A DNA stretch of 64,000 bases from Nitrosopumilus sp. GTDB taxonomy: Archaea; Thermoproteota; Nitrososphaeria; Nitrososphaerales; Nitrosopumilaceae. The stretch covers positions 166,680-230,679 of the forward strand of contig NZ_JAILWM010000002.1 of assembly GCF_025698945.1 (NCBI RefSeq), given 5' to 3'. The notes beneath the pieces were generated by a model. That model did not search any database. It was not told the origin of the DNA and saw nothing but the letters and a program-made list of their open reading frames with translations. The first letter of the stretch is position 1; each line of letters starts with the position of its first letter. A program made the translations under genes and the position numbers. Below are positions 18,690 to 26,846 of this stretch, one piece after another.

Positions 18690-19583
18690 TTATTTAGAAT
18701 TAGCATATACTGTCTGAGACCACTGTAAAATATCATCAATTTTTTCAGAAATTAAATCGGATTCAATTTTTGTTTTCTTAGATACTTTGCCACAAAGAGC
18801 TAATTTCATTTTTTTGCCTGATTTTTCTTTTATTGAAGATATTGAATCAACAAAAAAGTTCAGGCCTTCGCTAGTTTGTGAGAATACAACTACAATCAAA
18901 ATTCCAGGTTTTTGTTTCCATATTTTTCCTACAAGTTTTTGAAAATCAAGATCAAATAAGACATCTATTGCAGATGACATGTCACCCAAATTGGAAACTC
19001 TCCATCCATTAGAATGATACACAGCAGAAACTGCTTCAGAGAGCAGACTGCTTTGAGAATCAGCTGAAATTAATACCACATTTTTTTGTGGATCTGAAAC
19101 CATAGATTGTTGATTGAAGATTTGAATAGATTTTGAGATCGTGGTCCTAAGAAGATTACGCTCTGCTGTTCCAATCTTTCCATCATCATATAATTTCTGT
19201 ACATAATCAATTGCTGGCAAAATTACTTCAAGAATTAATCGATTTACAGTTCCACCTGAATTCAAACAATTTCGAATTAGAGAAAAGACTTGGTCTTCTG
19301 TTCCTTTAACTAAATAATCAGCATACTGTGGTTGAACTTTAAAATAATCATCTGGAAAATTAAATGATTCTTGACCTGGTTCTAAAAACCATAATGTGAG
19401 ATTTCCAATATTTTTTTGTCGCAGTAAGCCTTCAGCTGCAAAAACTTTGAGGTATTTAGACATGGTAATTCGATTAACTCCTATCTTTTCAGAGATTTCA
19501 ACACCGGACATTCCAGAAACTGAGTTTTCTAATAATGAGATTAGTTTTTGTCTAATGTCCTCAGTAGAATATCCTCGTGCCAT
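18690..19583 (-). CDS. HTH transcriptional regulator fused to a degenerate cobalamin-binding module
   Basis: Start re-called to ATG 19583 (MARGYS); wHTH GMSGVEISEKIGVNRITMSKYL; four-helix cap then Rossmann domain ending GWRVSNLG. Confidence 0.75.
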   Translation of the reverse strand: MARGYSTEDIRQKLISLLENSVSGMSGVEISEKIGVNRITMSKYLKVFAAEGLLRQKNIGNLTLWFLEPGQESFNFPDDYFKVQPQYADYLVKGTEDQVFSLIRNCLNSGGTVNRLILEVILPAIDYVQKLYDDGKIGTAERNLLRTTISKSIQIFNQQSMVSDPQKNVVLISADSQSSLLSEAVSAVYHSNGWRVSNLGDMSSAIDVLFDLDFQKLVGKIWKQKPGILIVVVFSQTSEGLNFFVDSISSIKEKSGKKMKLALCGKVSKKTKIESDLISEKIDDILQWSQTVYANSK

Positions 19584-19727
19584 AGTGTATTTTGATAGAG
19601 GTATTGTATAAAGACTAATTTTAGAATTTACCATTAATGAGAAATTTAGTCTTCCTTTTAGGAAATAACCAGATTCAAAATGGCAGGGTAGTGGAAAAAG
19701 ATTAGTTGATTCAAAATAATCTAAGAA

Positions 19728-19841
19728 TCACGGAAGCAAATCATAACCTGCATAATATCTAATCAAAAGAGTGATACCGATACCAAGAGAAATACTCACA
19801 CCTAATGCAATCATCACTAATTTATCCAATAATATCTTCAT
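19728..19841 (-). CDS. Candidate 37-aa membrane microprotein (not in ORF track)
   Basis: MKILLDKLVMIALGVSISLGIGITLLIRYYAGYDLLP, single hydrophobic helix. Confidence 0.55.
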   Translation of the reverse strand: MKILLDKLVMIALGVSISLGIGITLLIRYYAGYDLLP

Positions 19842-20020
19842 TTGTTCATACTATAATTATTTTTTGGACATTCAGAGATTTAGATGAAAAGACGCCCACC
19901 GAAGCCTGTGGGATTGAAATCAAGGGGGATAATAAATGGAAAACCATGATTCAAAATTCTGTCAAAAGTTAATAGCAACTCAATTCTATTGTTTATTTTA
20001 TGGTAATTCCAATCTGAATT

Positions 20021-20419
20021 ATGGGTAAAGAACCAAGATCCATAATTGTAAAAACAATGGTGACAACAAAAGTTAGTAAAGATACTTTCGAATTTTTTTC
20101 AAATCTAAAAAATTGGGAATTTGGAGGTGCATTAAAAAACATTCAAAAAGATAAAGATGATTGGTGGGTATGCAATTCGCCATTTGGTGAAGTAAAGATA
20201 AGATTAAGATCAAATGAGAAATTTGGAATTTTAGATCACGATTTTATTGGTGGGGGTGGAGAATGGACTGTATCATGCAGAGTTACTCCAAATGAGAGTG
20301 GTTCTACAGTAACATGGTTGTTTATACGACCTGAACCTATGACACAAAAACAGTTTGAAGAACAGTTGAAGAATTTTGATAATGAGATTATGGGTTGGAA
20401 AAAAGCCTTAGAATCCTAA
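20021..20419 (+). CDS. SRPBCC/START-like (polyketide cyclase) family protein
   Basis: FEFFSNLKNW, SPFGEVKIR, FGILDH, RVTPNESGSTVTW. Confidence 0.8.
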   Translation: MGKEPRSIIVKTMVTTKVSKDTFEFFSNLKNWEFGGALKNIQKDKDDWWVCNSPFGEVKIRLRSNEKFGILDHDFIGGGGEWTVSCRVTPNESGSTVTWLFIRPEPMTQKQFEEQLKNFDNEIMGWKKALES

Positions 20420-20529
20420 CACATGTCCCGACTGAAAACAGTCAAAATCATGTCCCATCAAGGAAACAGTTCCCAAAAAATAAAACATTATATACTTCGG
20501 TACCTTAATGTACGGTAAGGAAAAGTAAA

Positions 20530-20916
20530 TTGCCAAAAGCCGGATTCAAATCAATCACTGTTTCAGAAACTGTTTATGATAAATTCCACGAAGTTTATCA
20601 AAAAAGTAAAGACGACCTACAAATGAAAGGAGTCAACAGTTTTTCAGGTTATGTCACTTACATGTTAGAGGAGATGATGCAAAAGGACAAGACCTTTGCA
20701 AGATATGCTCCAAAGATTGAAAAGATTTCAGTTGATGATGATAGAGTAATACTAAAGGATAATATCAAAAATAGAATTGCAGAAGTTGCAGTACAGAAAG
20801 GAGAATTGTTCTGTCAGCTCTGTGACGAAAAAGATTGTGTACATATTGGCTTTGTTTTCTCTCTGCCAGATGTTTACGAAATCCTCAATGCCAGAGGAAT
20901 AAAACATCCAAAATAA
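20530..20916 (+). CDS. Putative DNA-binding protein (RHH-like N-terminus, Cys/His-rich C-terminus)
   Basis: FKSITVSETVYDKF; LFCQLCDEKDCVH; TTG start. Confidence 0.65.
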   Translation: MPKAGFKSITVSETVYDKFHEVYQKSKDDLQMKGVNSFSGYVTYMLEEMMQKDKTFARYAPKIEKISVDDDRVILKDNIKNRIAEVAVQKGELFCQLCDEKDCVHIGFVFSLPDVYEILNARGIKHPK

Positions 20917-20923
20917 AGAACAG

Positions 20924-21045
20924 TGGAGGAGGTGGGATTTGAACCCACGAACTCCTGAGAGACAGGATCACCCATTATTTGATCTTAAGTCCTGCATGTC
21001 CAAAAGCACAAAGTGCTTACTTTGGCCAGGCTTGATTACTCCTCC
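20924..21045 (-). tRNA. tRNA-Leu(TAA) with two introns (23/24: 21019-20998; 37/38: 20983-20969)
   Basis: GGAGGAG/CTCCTCC-A; CAGGA/TCCTG stem; long variable arm; D-arm intron forms a perfect bulge-helix-bulge (CCAA/TTGG). Confidence 0.9.
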
Positions 21046-21136
21046 AAAAGGGTAGAAATTTGTGTGAAATTTAACAGTTTAGAGTAAATTGCAGAAGAAT
21101 GAAGAATTATAAGGATTTTCTACAGGGAAAATTTGT

Positions 21137-21210
21137 GCTTCGATAGCTCAGCCTGGTAGAGCGTTACATTGGTAATGTAAAGGTCGCGGGTTCAGATCCC
21201 GTTCGAAGCT
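21137..21210 (+). tRNA. tRNA-Thr(GGT)
   Basis: GCTTCGA/TCGAAGC-T; TTACA-TTGGTAA-TGTAA. Confidence 0.95.
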
Positions 21211-21347
21211 TATTATTTTCTATAACATTCTAAAATTGACAGATTTACGAAATTTGTATTTAAGCTATTCTGAGGCAAGTAAAAAGTTAGTTCAAGATCA
21301 AATAAATTTGTGTAAAGTGCAGTTAATGAATTCTGCAATACTAACTA

Positions 21348-22211
21348 TTGAAACAAGTATACTCTCAAGTATCATCTGTCACTCCAAAACCATTTGTTAA
21401 ATGGGCAGGAGGAAAACGCCAACTAATTCCAATTCTAAATGAGAGTTTACCCAAATCTTTTGGGACTTATTATGAGCCATTTCTTGGAGGGGGAGCTTTA
21501 CTATTTCATATGCTAACTGAAAGAAATGGTCAAAAATGCAGCATCTCTGATTTGAACTCTGATCTAGTATTGGCATATACTACAATTAGAGATAGAATTG
21601 ACGAGCTTATTTCCTCTCTAAAAAATCATGAAAGAAATTATCAGAAAGATTCTAAATCATACTATTACTCCATTAGAGAATCAAATCCAAGAAGTGAAAT
21701 TGAAAAGACATCAAGATTGTTATTTCTCAATAGAACCTGCTTTAATGGATTATATCGAGTAAACAGCAAAGGAAAATTCAATGTACCTCTTGGAAGATAC
21801 ACCAACCCAAATATCGTAAATGAAGAAAATTTACGTTCAGTTAGTTTCATTCTCCAATCAAGCAAGGTTGCAATCAAATGTCGTGATTTTGAGGCAGTAC
21901 TGCAAGATGCCAAAAAAGGAGATCTAGTATACTTTGATCCACCATACCAACCAGTAAGCGATACTGCAAATTTTACCAGTTATACAAACAAGGATTTCAC
22001 AGATAGCGATCTTAGTAGACTAGCAGAACTTTGCTCAAAACTTGATTCAAAAGGATGTAAAGTCCTATTATCAAATTCAGATTCAAAACAAGTTGCCGAT
22101 ATGTTTTCAGGAAAAACTTGGAAAGTTAGAAAGATTCATGCAAATCGTTCAATCAATTCAAATTCTAAAAAGAGAACAGGTCACTTTGAATTATTGATTA
22201 AAAATTATTAG
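21348..22211 (+). CDS. dam: Dam/D12-class N6-adenine DNA methyltransferase
   Basis: KWAGGK, YEPFLGGGA, NGLYRVN, VYFDPPY. Confidence 0.9.
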   Translation: MKQVYSQVSSVTPKPFVKWAGGKRQLIPILNESLPKSFGTYYEPFLGGGALLFHMLTERNGQKCSISDLNSDLVLAYTTIRDRIDELISSLKNHERNYQKDSKSYYYSIRESNPRSEIEKTSRLLFLNRTCFNGLYRVNSKGKFNVPLGRYTNPNIVNEENLRSVSFILQSSKVAIKCRDFEAVLQDAKKGDLVYFDPPYQPVSDTANFTSYTNKDFTDSDLSRLAELCSKLDSKGCKVLLSNSDSKQVADMFSGKTWKVRKIHANRSINSNSKKRTGHFELLIKNY

Positions 22212-22273
22212 CCTTAGTTTATTTTCAAAAATTTTCAAATAAAAAATCTATAGAGTGTACTCTAGAGGATTAA

Positions 22274-22300
22274 GAAAATGAAAAGGAAGAGGTTGGGTGT
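22274..22300 (-). terminator. amoA 3' element/terminator, 26/27 identical to the amoB 3' element
   Basis: ACACCCAACCTCTTCCTTTTCATTTTC directly after TAA. Confidence 0.7.
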
Positions 22301-22951
22301 TTAGTCCCACTTTGACCATGCGGCCATCCATCTGTATGTCCAAGTGTTTAGTTTACAACCTAGTGCTGCAAACGTACATGCCAATACTGCACCTGCACCT
22401 GCACCTAAAGCCACTGGGCTGTTATAGAACTTTCCAACTTGAGGTTCTATCGGTGTCATGTATGGTGGCAATGTTGGTCTTGGATATTTGAATGCCGTTT
22501 CAAGTGGGTCTGCTACTGTTATCAGGTTTACCATGTTGAACAATGGTAAAGACATTCCTACTAGTACGCCGCCAAACAGTATCAAGGAGTGCTTGTTCTT
22601 CTTTGTTGCCCAGTAGACTAAATCCAACAGCATTGCTGATGGTAACCAAACTGGTGTTACAATGAAGTCATATGGATATCCGAGTGCAAACCATGCACCT
22701 TTTGCTACCCATGTGTATACTGTCATAATTAGAGCGTAGTACGTTGCTGTACCTGGAACACCTGTAAATGTTAGGTAATATGTTGCACCTACTACAAGCA
22801 TCAACGTTTGCGATATTGAGAATACCGTGTACGAAGTCCAAGCCCAGTCAGTGTAGAAGATGTAATCTCCTGCATTAATTGTTAACAGTGTTGAGTTAAC
22901 TGCAACTACTACTATGAATAAGTAGTGTGTACATCGTCTTAACCAGACCAT
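22301..22951 (-). CDS. amoA: Ammonia monooxygenase subunit A (archaeal)
   Basis: MVWLRRCTHY..NAGDYIFYTDWAW; 216 aa. Confidence 0.99.
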   Translation of the reverse strand: MVWLRRCTHYLFIVVVAVNSTLLTINAGDYIFYTDWAWTSYTVFSISQTLMLVVGATYYLTFTGVPGTATYYALIMTVYTWVAKGAWFALGYPYDFIVTPVWLPSAMLLDLVYWATKKNKHSLILFGGVLVGMSLPLFNMVNLITVADPLETAFKYPRPTLPPYMTPIEPQVGKFYNSPVALGAGAGAVLACTFAALGCKLNTWTYRWMAAWSKWD

Positions 22952-23058
22952 ATGAAGGTGAAGAAACGGTCAGTATATAAAATTTTAGAGTATGATGGAG
23001 ATCGTTGTTCTGAACCTAAAAATGAAAATGAAAAAGAAATGTCTGAAGGGTTTTCCTT

Positions 23059-23421
23059 CTAGTATCCAACATATAGTGATATGAATATTGTACCGGCTGT
23101 GACAGCAGCTACACTACCGCCAACGATACCATTACTATTTTTGTTGGAACCTTCTTCCATGACTTTAACACAGAAGATATAACCTATTGCCTCAATGATT
23201 GTCAAGACGATGAATGCAAAGTGACCACTAGAGGTTGGATATGCCCATGGATAATAGAAATATCCTGCTGCAGTACCACCAAAAGTTGCTAACCATGCTG
23301 CCCAGAATGAAATTGTAATCATACCAGTCATGTTTTCAACGCGCTTTCCAATCATTCGTTCTACATCAGCACTTGATGATCCACCAGCGCCGCCAGAACC
23401 GAATCCTTTAGGAAGAGTCAT
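23059..23421 (-). CDS. amoX: Ammonia monooxygenase-associated subunit X
   Basis: Membrane protein between amoA and amoC; FWAAWLATFGG, YPWAYP. Confidence 0.9.
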   Translation of the reverse strand: MTLPKGFGSGGAGGSSSADVERMIGKRVENMTGMITISFWAAWLATFGGTAAGYFYYPWAYPTSSGHFAFIVLTIIEAIGYIFCVKVMEEGSNKNSNGIVGGSVAAVTAGTIFISLYVGY

Positions 23422-23537
23422 TCTGGAATTATTCTAATAGAGAATCCTTTTAAGTCTTTCTTAAACTGAGGGAGGAAGTACGATCTACGTCTTTTGAAAA
23501 TAATAAAAAGGAAAAAAGTGTGCTTTTGCACTTTTGT

Positions 23538-24113
23538 CTATGGTATTGCTCTGCTGTACAATTTGCCTTCTAAGGCCATCTTGTACATTTCTGCAACATA
23601 TGGGTTCTCTCCAGGAGTTTCTGCACCTAGTTCTACGAGTCTAGCATATACTCTGACTACGTATGCAAGTGCACCCATGAATGCTACTACAACACCCATG
23701 TTAAACATCCAGTGATTTGGTACTGCAAAGATCTCCTCTACAAACCAGAAGTGCCACATCTCATTGACTCCAATTGTAAACATTGTTGCAAGGTAACCTA
23801 GAATGGTCATCTTCAAACCAGTGTTCATTGAATTATTTGGGCCTCTAAGAACTGGAACTTTTCTATCATAGATTGCTGCTGCTCCCCATCCAAGTGGTAA
23901 TGCGATGAAGTGGGAATACAACCACCAGTGAGCTGGTGTGAAAGCACTATCTCTGATAGATGTCTGATGTAGTGATCCATCAACGAAGTTATCAACTTCG
24001 ACTGATGCTGCAGTGGACCCCATAGCAATAACGATGAGCCAGATTTTTTTAAGTCTCTGAATCTCAACTTCTTTTGGGATTAATGCGGGCATCTGTGCCA
24101 TGTCTACAATCAT
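23538..24113 (-). CDS. amoC: Ammonia monooxygenase subunit C (start may be ATG 24101)
   Basis: MAQMPALIPKE, DNFVDGSLHQ, FTPAHWWLYSHF, EMWHFWF. Confidence 0.99.
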   Translation of the reverse strand: MIVDMAQMPALIPKEVEIQRLKKIWLIVIAMGSTAASVEVDNFVDGSLHQTSIRDSAFTPAHWWLYSHFIALPLGWGAAAIYDRKVPVLRGPNNSMNTGLKMTILGYLATMFTIGVNEMWHFWFVEEIFAVPNHWMFNMGVVVAFMGALAYVVRVYARLVELGAETPGENPYVAEMYKMALEGKLYSRAIP

Positions 24114-24259
24114 GTGAGTTCGGCATATAAAGTAAGAGTTTCAAAAATGGTTAGTTAGGTTCAAATTTTTTAGTAATTAGAGTAAAAATCAATGAAATTT
24201 TTTCTTTTCATTGATTTAGATTGAAATAATTTTATTATTATTTTTTCATTTTCATTGTT

Positions 24260-24283
24260 AATCATTGATGATAAACAATGATT
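24260..24283. promoter_or_regulatory. Perfect inverted repeat AATCATTG-N8-CAATGATT in the amoC/amoB divergent region
   Basis: Read directly; about 30 bp upstream of the amoB TATA-like catataa (24314-24320). Confidence 0.5.
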
Positions 24284-24355
24284 GGAGCATCGATCCTCGC
24301 TATCAAGGTAAAACATATAACGATGTGTATTTCTTTCTGAATATTAGGGATAACT

Positions 24356-24925
24356 ATGGTCGAAAAAAAGATTTTCGTATTTGGACTAGCTGTAGTACTT
24401 GCACTAGGAACTTTAGGTTTCAACTGGGTTGAATCCGTACTTCCAACTGCAGATGCACACGGTGTCCAAGCACAACTTCAGAGTCGTTTCATCAGAATTG
24501 AGGATGAAACCTTCAACAGACAATCCCTGCAAACTGGCGAAACCTTGACACTTCAAGGAACTTTAGTCAGTCTTGTAGAAAGAGACCTTAGAGGATGGCT
24601 ATCTATCTTCTCAGAGTCAACCAACGCAGGTAACAGATGGGAAATGTTGGCAAGAGACCCACCAGGAAACGTCTTTGACATTCCAGGTAACTCAGTCATT
24701 GATTACTCACTATCTGCAAAAGCACTTGAACCAGGTGTATACCACGTACACACCCAACTCAATGTAGCAAAAGTTGGTCCAGGACTTGGTCCAGGTCAAA
24801 CAGTAGTAGTTGAAGGAGATCCAATTATCAAACCAATCCCATATACCAACATAGCTTACCAATCAATTATCATTGGCGTTGGATATGTCATTACGTTTGC
24901 AACACGACCCTGGCAAGTAATATAA
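24356..24925 (+). CDS. amoB: Ammonia monooxygenase subunit B
   Basis: Signal peptide then AHGVQAQLQSRF; YHVHTQL; C-terminal anchor. Confidence 0.99.
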   Translation: MVEKKIFVFGLAVVLALGTLGFNWVESVLPTADAHGVQAQLQSRFIRIEDETFNRQSLQTGETLTLQGTLVSLVERDLRGWLSIFSESTNAGNRWEMLARDPPGNVFDIPGNSVIDYSLSAKALEPGVYHVHTQLNVAKVGPGLGPGQTVVVEGDPIIKPIPYTNIAYQSIIIGVGYVITFATRPWQVI

Positions 24926-24952
24926 ACACCCAACCTTTTCCTTTTCATTTTC
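24926..24952 (+). terminator. amoB 3' element/terminator
   Basis: ACACCCAACCTTTTCCTTTTCATTTTC directly after TAA. Confidence 0.7.
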
Positions 24953-25018
24953 AATGAACTTACGTTTTACGTAATTAGATAAACCAAGTTTTATCTTCTA
25001 GAAAATTAATATGAAAAT

Positions 25019-25333
25019 ATGCTAAGTTTTAAAATTACCAAACTAGATATTTTTCAAAGTTATTTTTTTGGCGAAGTAGAATTTCGTTCAGATAAATTCA
25101 AAGTAAATATTCAGAATCAAAGAAGAGGTAAAGTTCTCAAACTTCCTTTTGAGATAAAATCAAAAAATGAAAAAGTGATTGTCAGAATGACAGGGCCAGG
25201 TGATTTATTCATTGAAGATTACATCCCATACAAAGGAGAATCAGAATGGCTTGAAATTGACTCTGATGAAATTACATATTATATTGCAGATCATCAAGAT
25301 CAGTTAGATACAATTGAAATAATGATAGAGTAA
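25019..25333 (+). CDS. Conserved hypothetical protein downstream of amoB
   Basis: 104-aa ORF. Confidence 0.7.
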   Translation: MLSFKITKLDIFQSYFFGEVEFRSDKFKVNIQNQRRGKVLKLPFEIKSKNEKVIVRMTGPGDLFIEDYIPYKGESEWLEIDSDEITYYIADHQDQLDTIEIMIE

Positions 25334-25373
25334 AAGAAAGGACTTTAAGGTATATCTTGTCAAAGGCATCACG

Positions 25374-25907
25374 ATGAAATATCCTGGAATGGGTGATCCC
25401 TACAAAAGGAAAAAAACTATCAGATTTTTAATTATTACAGCAATCATAGCAATATCAGTAGGAGTAATCAGTTCCGTTCTTCAGGGTCAGTTTAGTCAAA
25501 ATGACCCTCTCAAAGTATGCATCAATGATAGAGAAACCCCTTACAAAATGAAAGTCACTTTGGAGTTAATTATTGATGGTCTTCCTACACCAATTCCTGC
25601 CAATATCAATGCAGGATTAAATGATGGTGAATGTAAAAGAACCATGTATACTCTAACAGATGATGGGACCATCTATGTTGAGTGGAAAGAGGAGTATCCA
25701 TGGGAAATTGGACACTTTTTGTGGATGTGGGATTTTCCTCTAAGAGATATGGATCAGGATAAATCTACATTTTATGTAAATGGTAAAGAATCATCACATT
25801 TCATCAATACGCCATTACAAGATGGATATCACTACAAGGGAGTATTTACTACAAAGGATTATGATTCATCCAAAGATTCAGATTTCCTACCAGAGTTAGA
25901 AAAATAG
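25374..25907 (+). CDS. Membrane-anchored hypothetical protein
   Basis: Basic N-terminus, one TM helix, two Cys in the soluble domain. Confidence 0.7.
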   Translation: MKYPGMGDPYKRKKTIRFLIITAIIAISVGVISSVLQGQFSQNDPLKVCINDRETPYKMKVTLELIIDGLPTPIPANINAGLNDGECKRTMYTLTDDGTIYVEWKEEYPWEIGHFLWMWDFPLRDMDQDKSTFYVNGKESSHFINTPLQDGYHYKGVFTTKDYDSSKDSDFLPELEK

Positions 25908-26008
25908 TATTTACGACTTTGATAAAAGATCAAATTTTGAAAAAATAGAATTAGTGCAAGTTAAAACTAGAGTTTCTAAAAATAATGAAAAGAAGAAAGG
26001 AAGTGATT

Positions 26009-26278
26009 TTACCAGTATTTACCGTTGTCTGGAATCAGACCAATACCTTCTCTTTCAAAGTGTCTGTCTAATTCGTCAACCCATCTCTCACGGTTGTCTT
26101 TGTAAGCCCATCCGTGTACACGTAACCAGAATGAGATAATTCCGAGAAGGAATATTGTGAACATCATGGTTCCGAAGATGTAAATCATTACATCATAGAA
26201 TAATGGATCATAGTTTGGTCCCAGTTGTCCTGTAATTGAAGACAGGATGCTTAGGAAAATTCCTACGATAGGAGTCAT
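26009..26278 (-). CDS. amoY: Probable AMO accessory subunit (AmoY-like)
   Basis: Start re-called to ATG 26278 with tatatat about 26-32 nt upstream; TM helix then WVDELDRHFERE; next to amo cluster and rps15; Y versus Z assignment is from memory and uncertain. Confidence 0.55.
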   Translation of the reverse strand: MTPIVGIFLSILSSITGQLGPNYDPLFYDVMIYIFGTMMFTIFLLGIISFWLRVHGWAYKDNRERWVDELDRHFEREGIGLIPDNGKYW

Positions 26279-26389
26279 TGTATATTTTGGCTCTATTTGT
26301 GCGATATATACATTTCTTTTATTATCAGAAAGTACGAGATCAGTATTCACTAAGAGTATCTAATAAAATAATAGAAAAGTGAGGTTTGA

Positions 26390-26722
26390 CTATCCTCTAC
26401 CCATTGCTGCGTATTTACCAGATCTTCCTCTAAGGAAGAAGGCGCCTGCAATACCACCGAAGACAGCTGCTGCAATAACTGATGCACCAACTACACCGCC
26501 TGCGTCAAGATATGGAGTTCCTGAACCCGATGCAGGGTTTGCTTCAGCAGCTTCAATTCTTCTTCTTTGAATTTCAAGTGCTTCTTCTAAGGTATAAGCT
26601 CCGGTTTCTCCTTGGCCGCCGACATTTCCCATGTACTGTGCAAATGCAACTGATGCTGCACCAATAGCACCGAAGAAAAATACAGCTAGCATTGTTGTTG
26701 TTAAGAGTATTTTTGTATTCAT
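26390..26722 (-). CDS. amoZ: Probable AMO accessory subunit (AmoZ-like)
   Basis: Signal peptide (AFAQ), extracellular helix LEEALEIQRRRIEAA, C-terminal TM; GC-richer like the amo genes; name assignment uncertain. Confidence 0.55.
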   Translation of the reverse strand: MNTKILLTTTMLAVFFFGAIGAASVAFAQYMGNVGGQGETGAYTLEEALEIQRRRIEAAEANPASGSGTPYLDAGGVVGASVIAAAVFGGIAGAFFLRGRSGKYAAMGRG

Positions 26723-26846
26723 ACGGTTTACCTGTTCGATTTGAACCCGGTGACTTATTTAACTTTTATTCTGAACCCCAATTTTTGGTATAATGTACGA
26801 GATCAGTAGAAGTAACGTTTAATTCTGTTCTAAATTGTGCAAAATC

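Noticed and set aside
18690-20916. Possible tRNA-flanked integrated element between tRNA-Ile and tRNA-Leu
   Set aside because: No integrase, no duplicated tRNA 3' end (att site) and no obvious compositional shift seen
22991-23047. C/D-box-like pattern (ATGATGG..CTGA..ATGAAAA..CTGA) between amoA and amoX
   Set aside because: The second half is the reverse complement of the amoX T-rich terminator, the guide is A-rich and there is no terminal stem
22297-24067. ORFs overlapping amoA and amoC (22297-22491, 23494-23715, 23825-24067)
   Set aside because: Shadows of highly conserved genes with no independent coding signal
26279-26350. N-terminal extension of the AmoY-like ORF given in the track
   Set aside because: A TATA-like box lies inside it at leaderless spacing to ATG 26278, so the upstream start is probably not used
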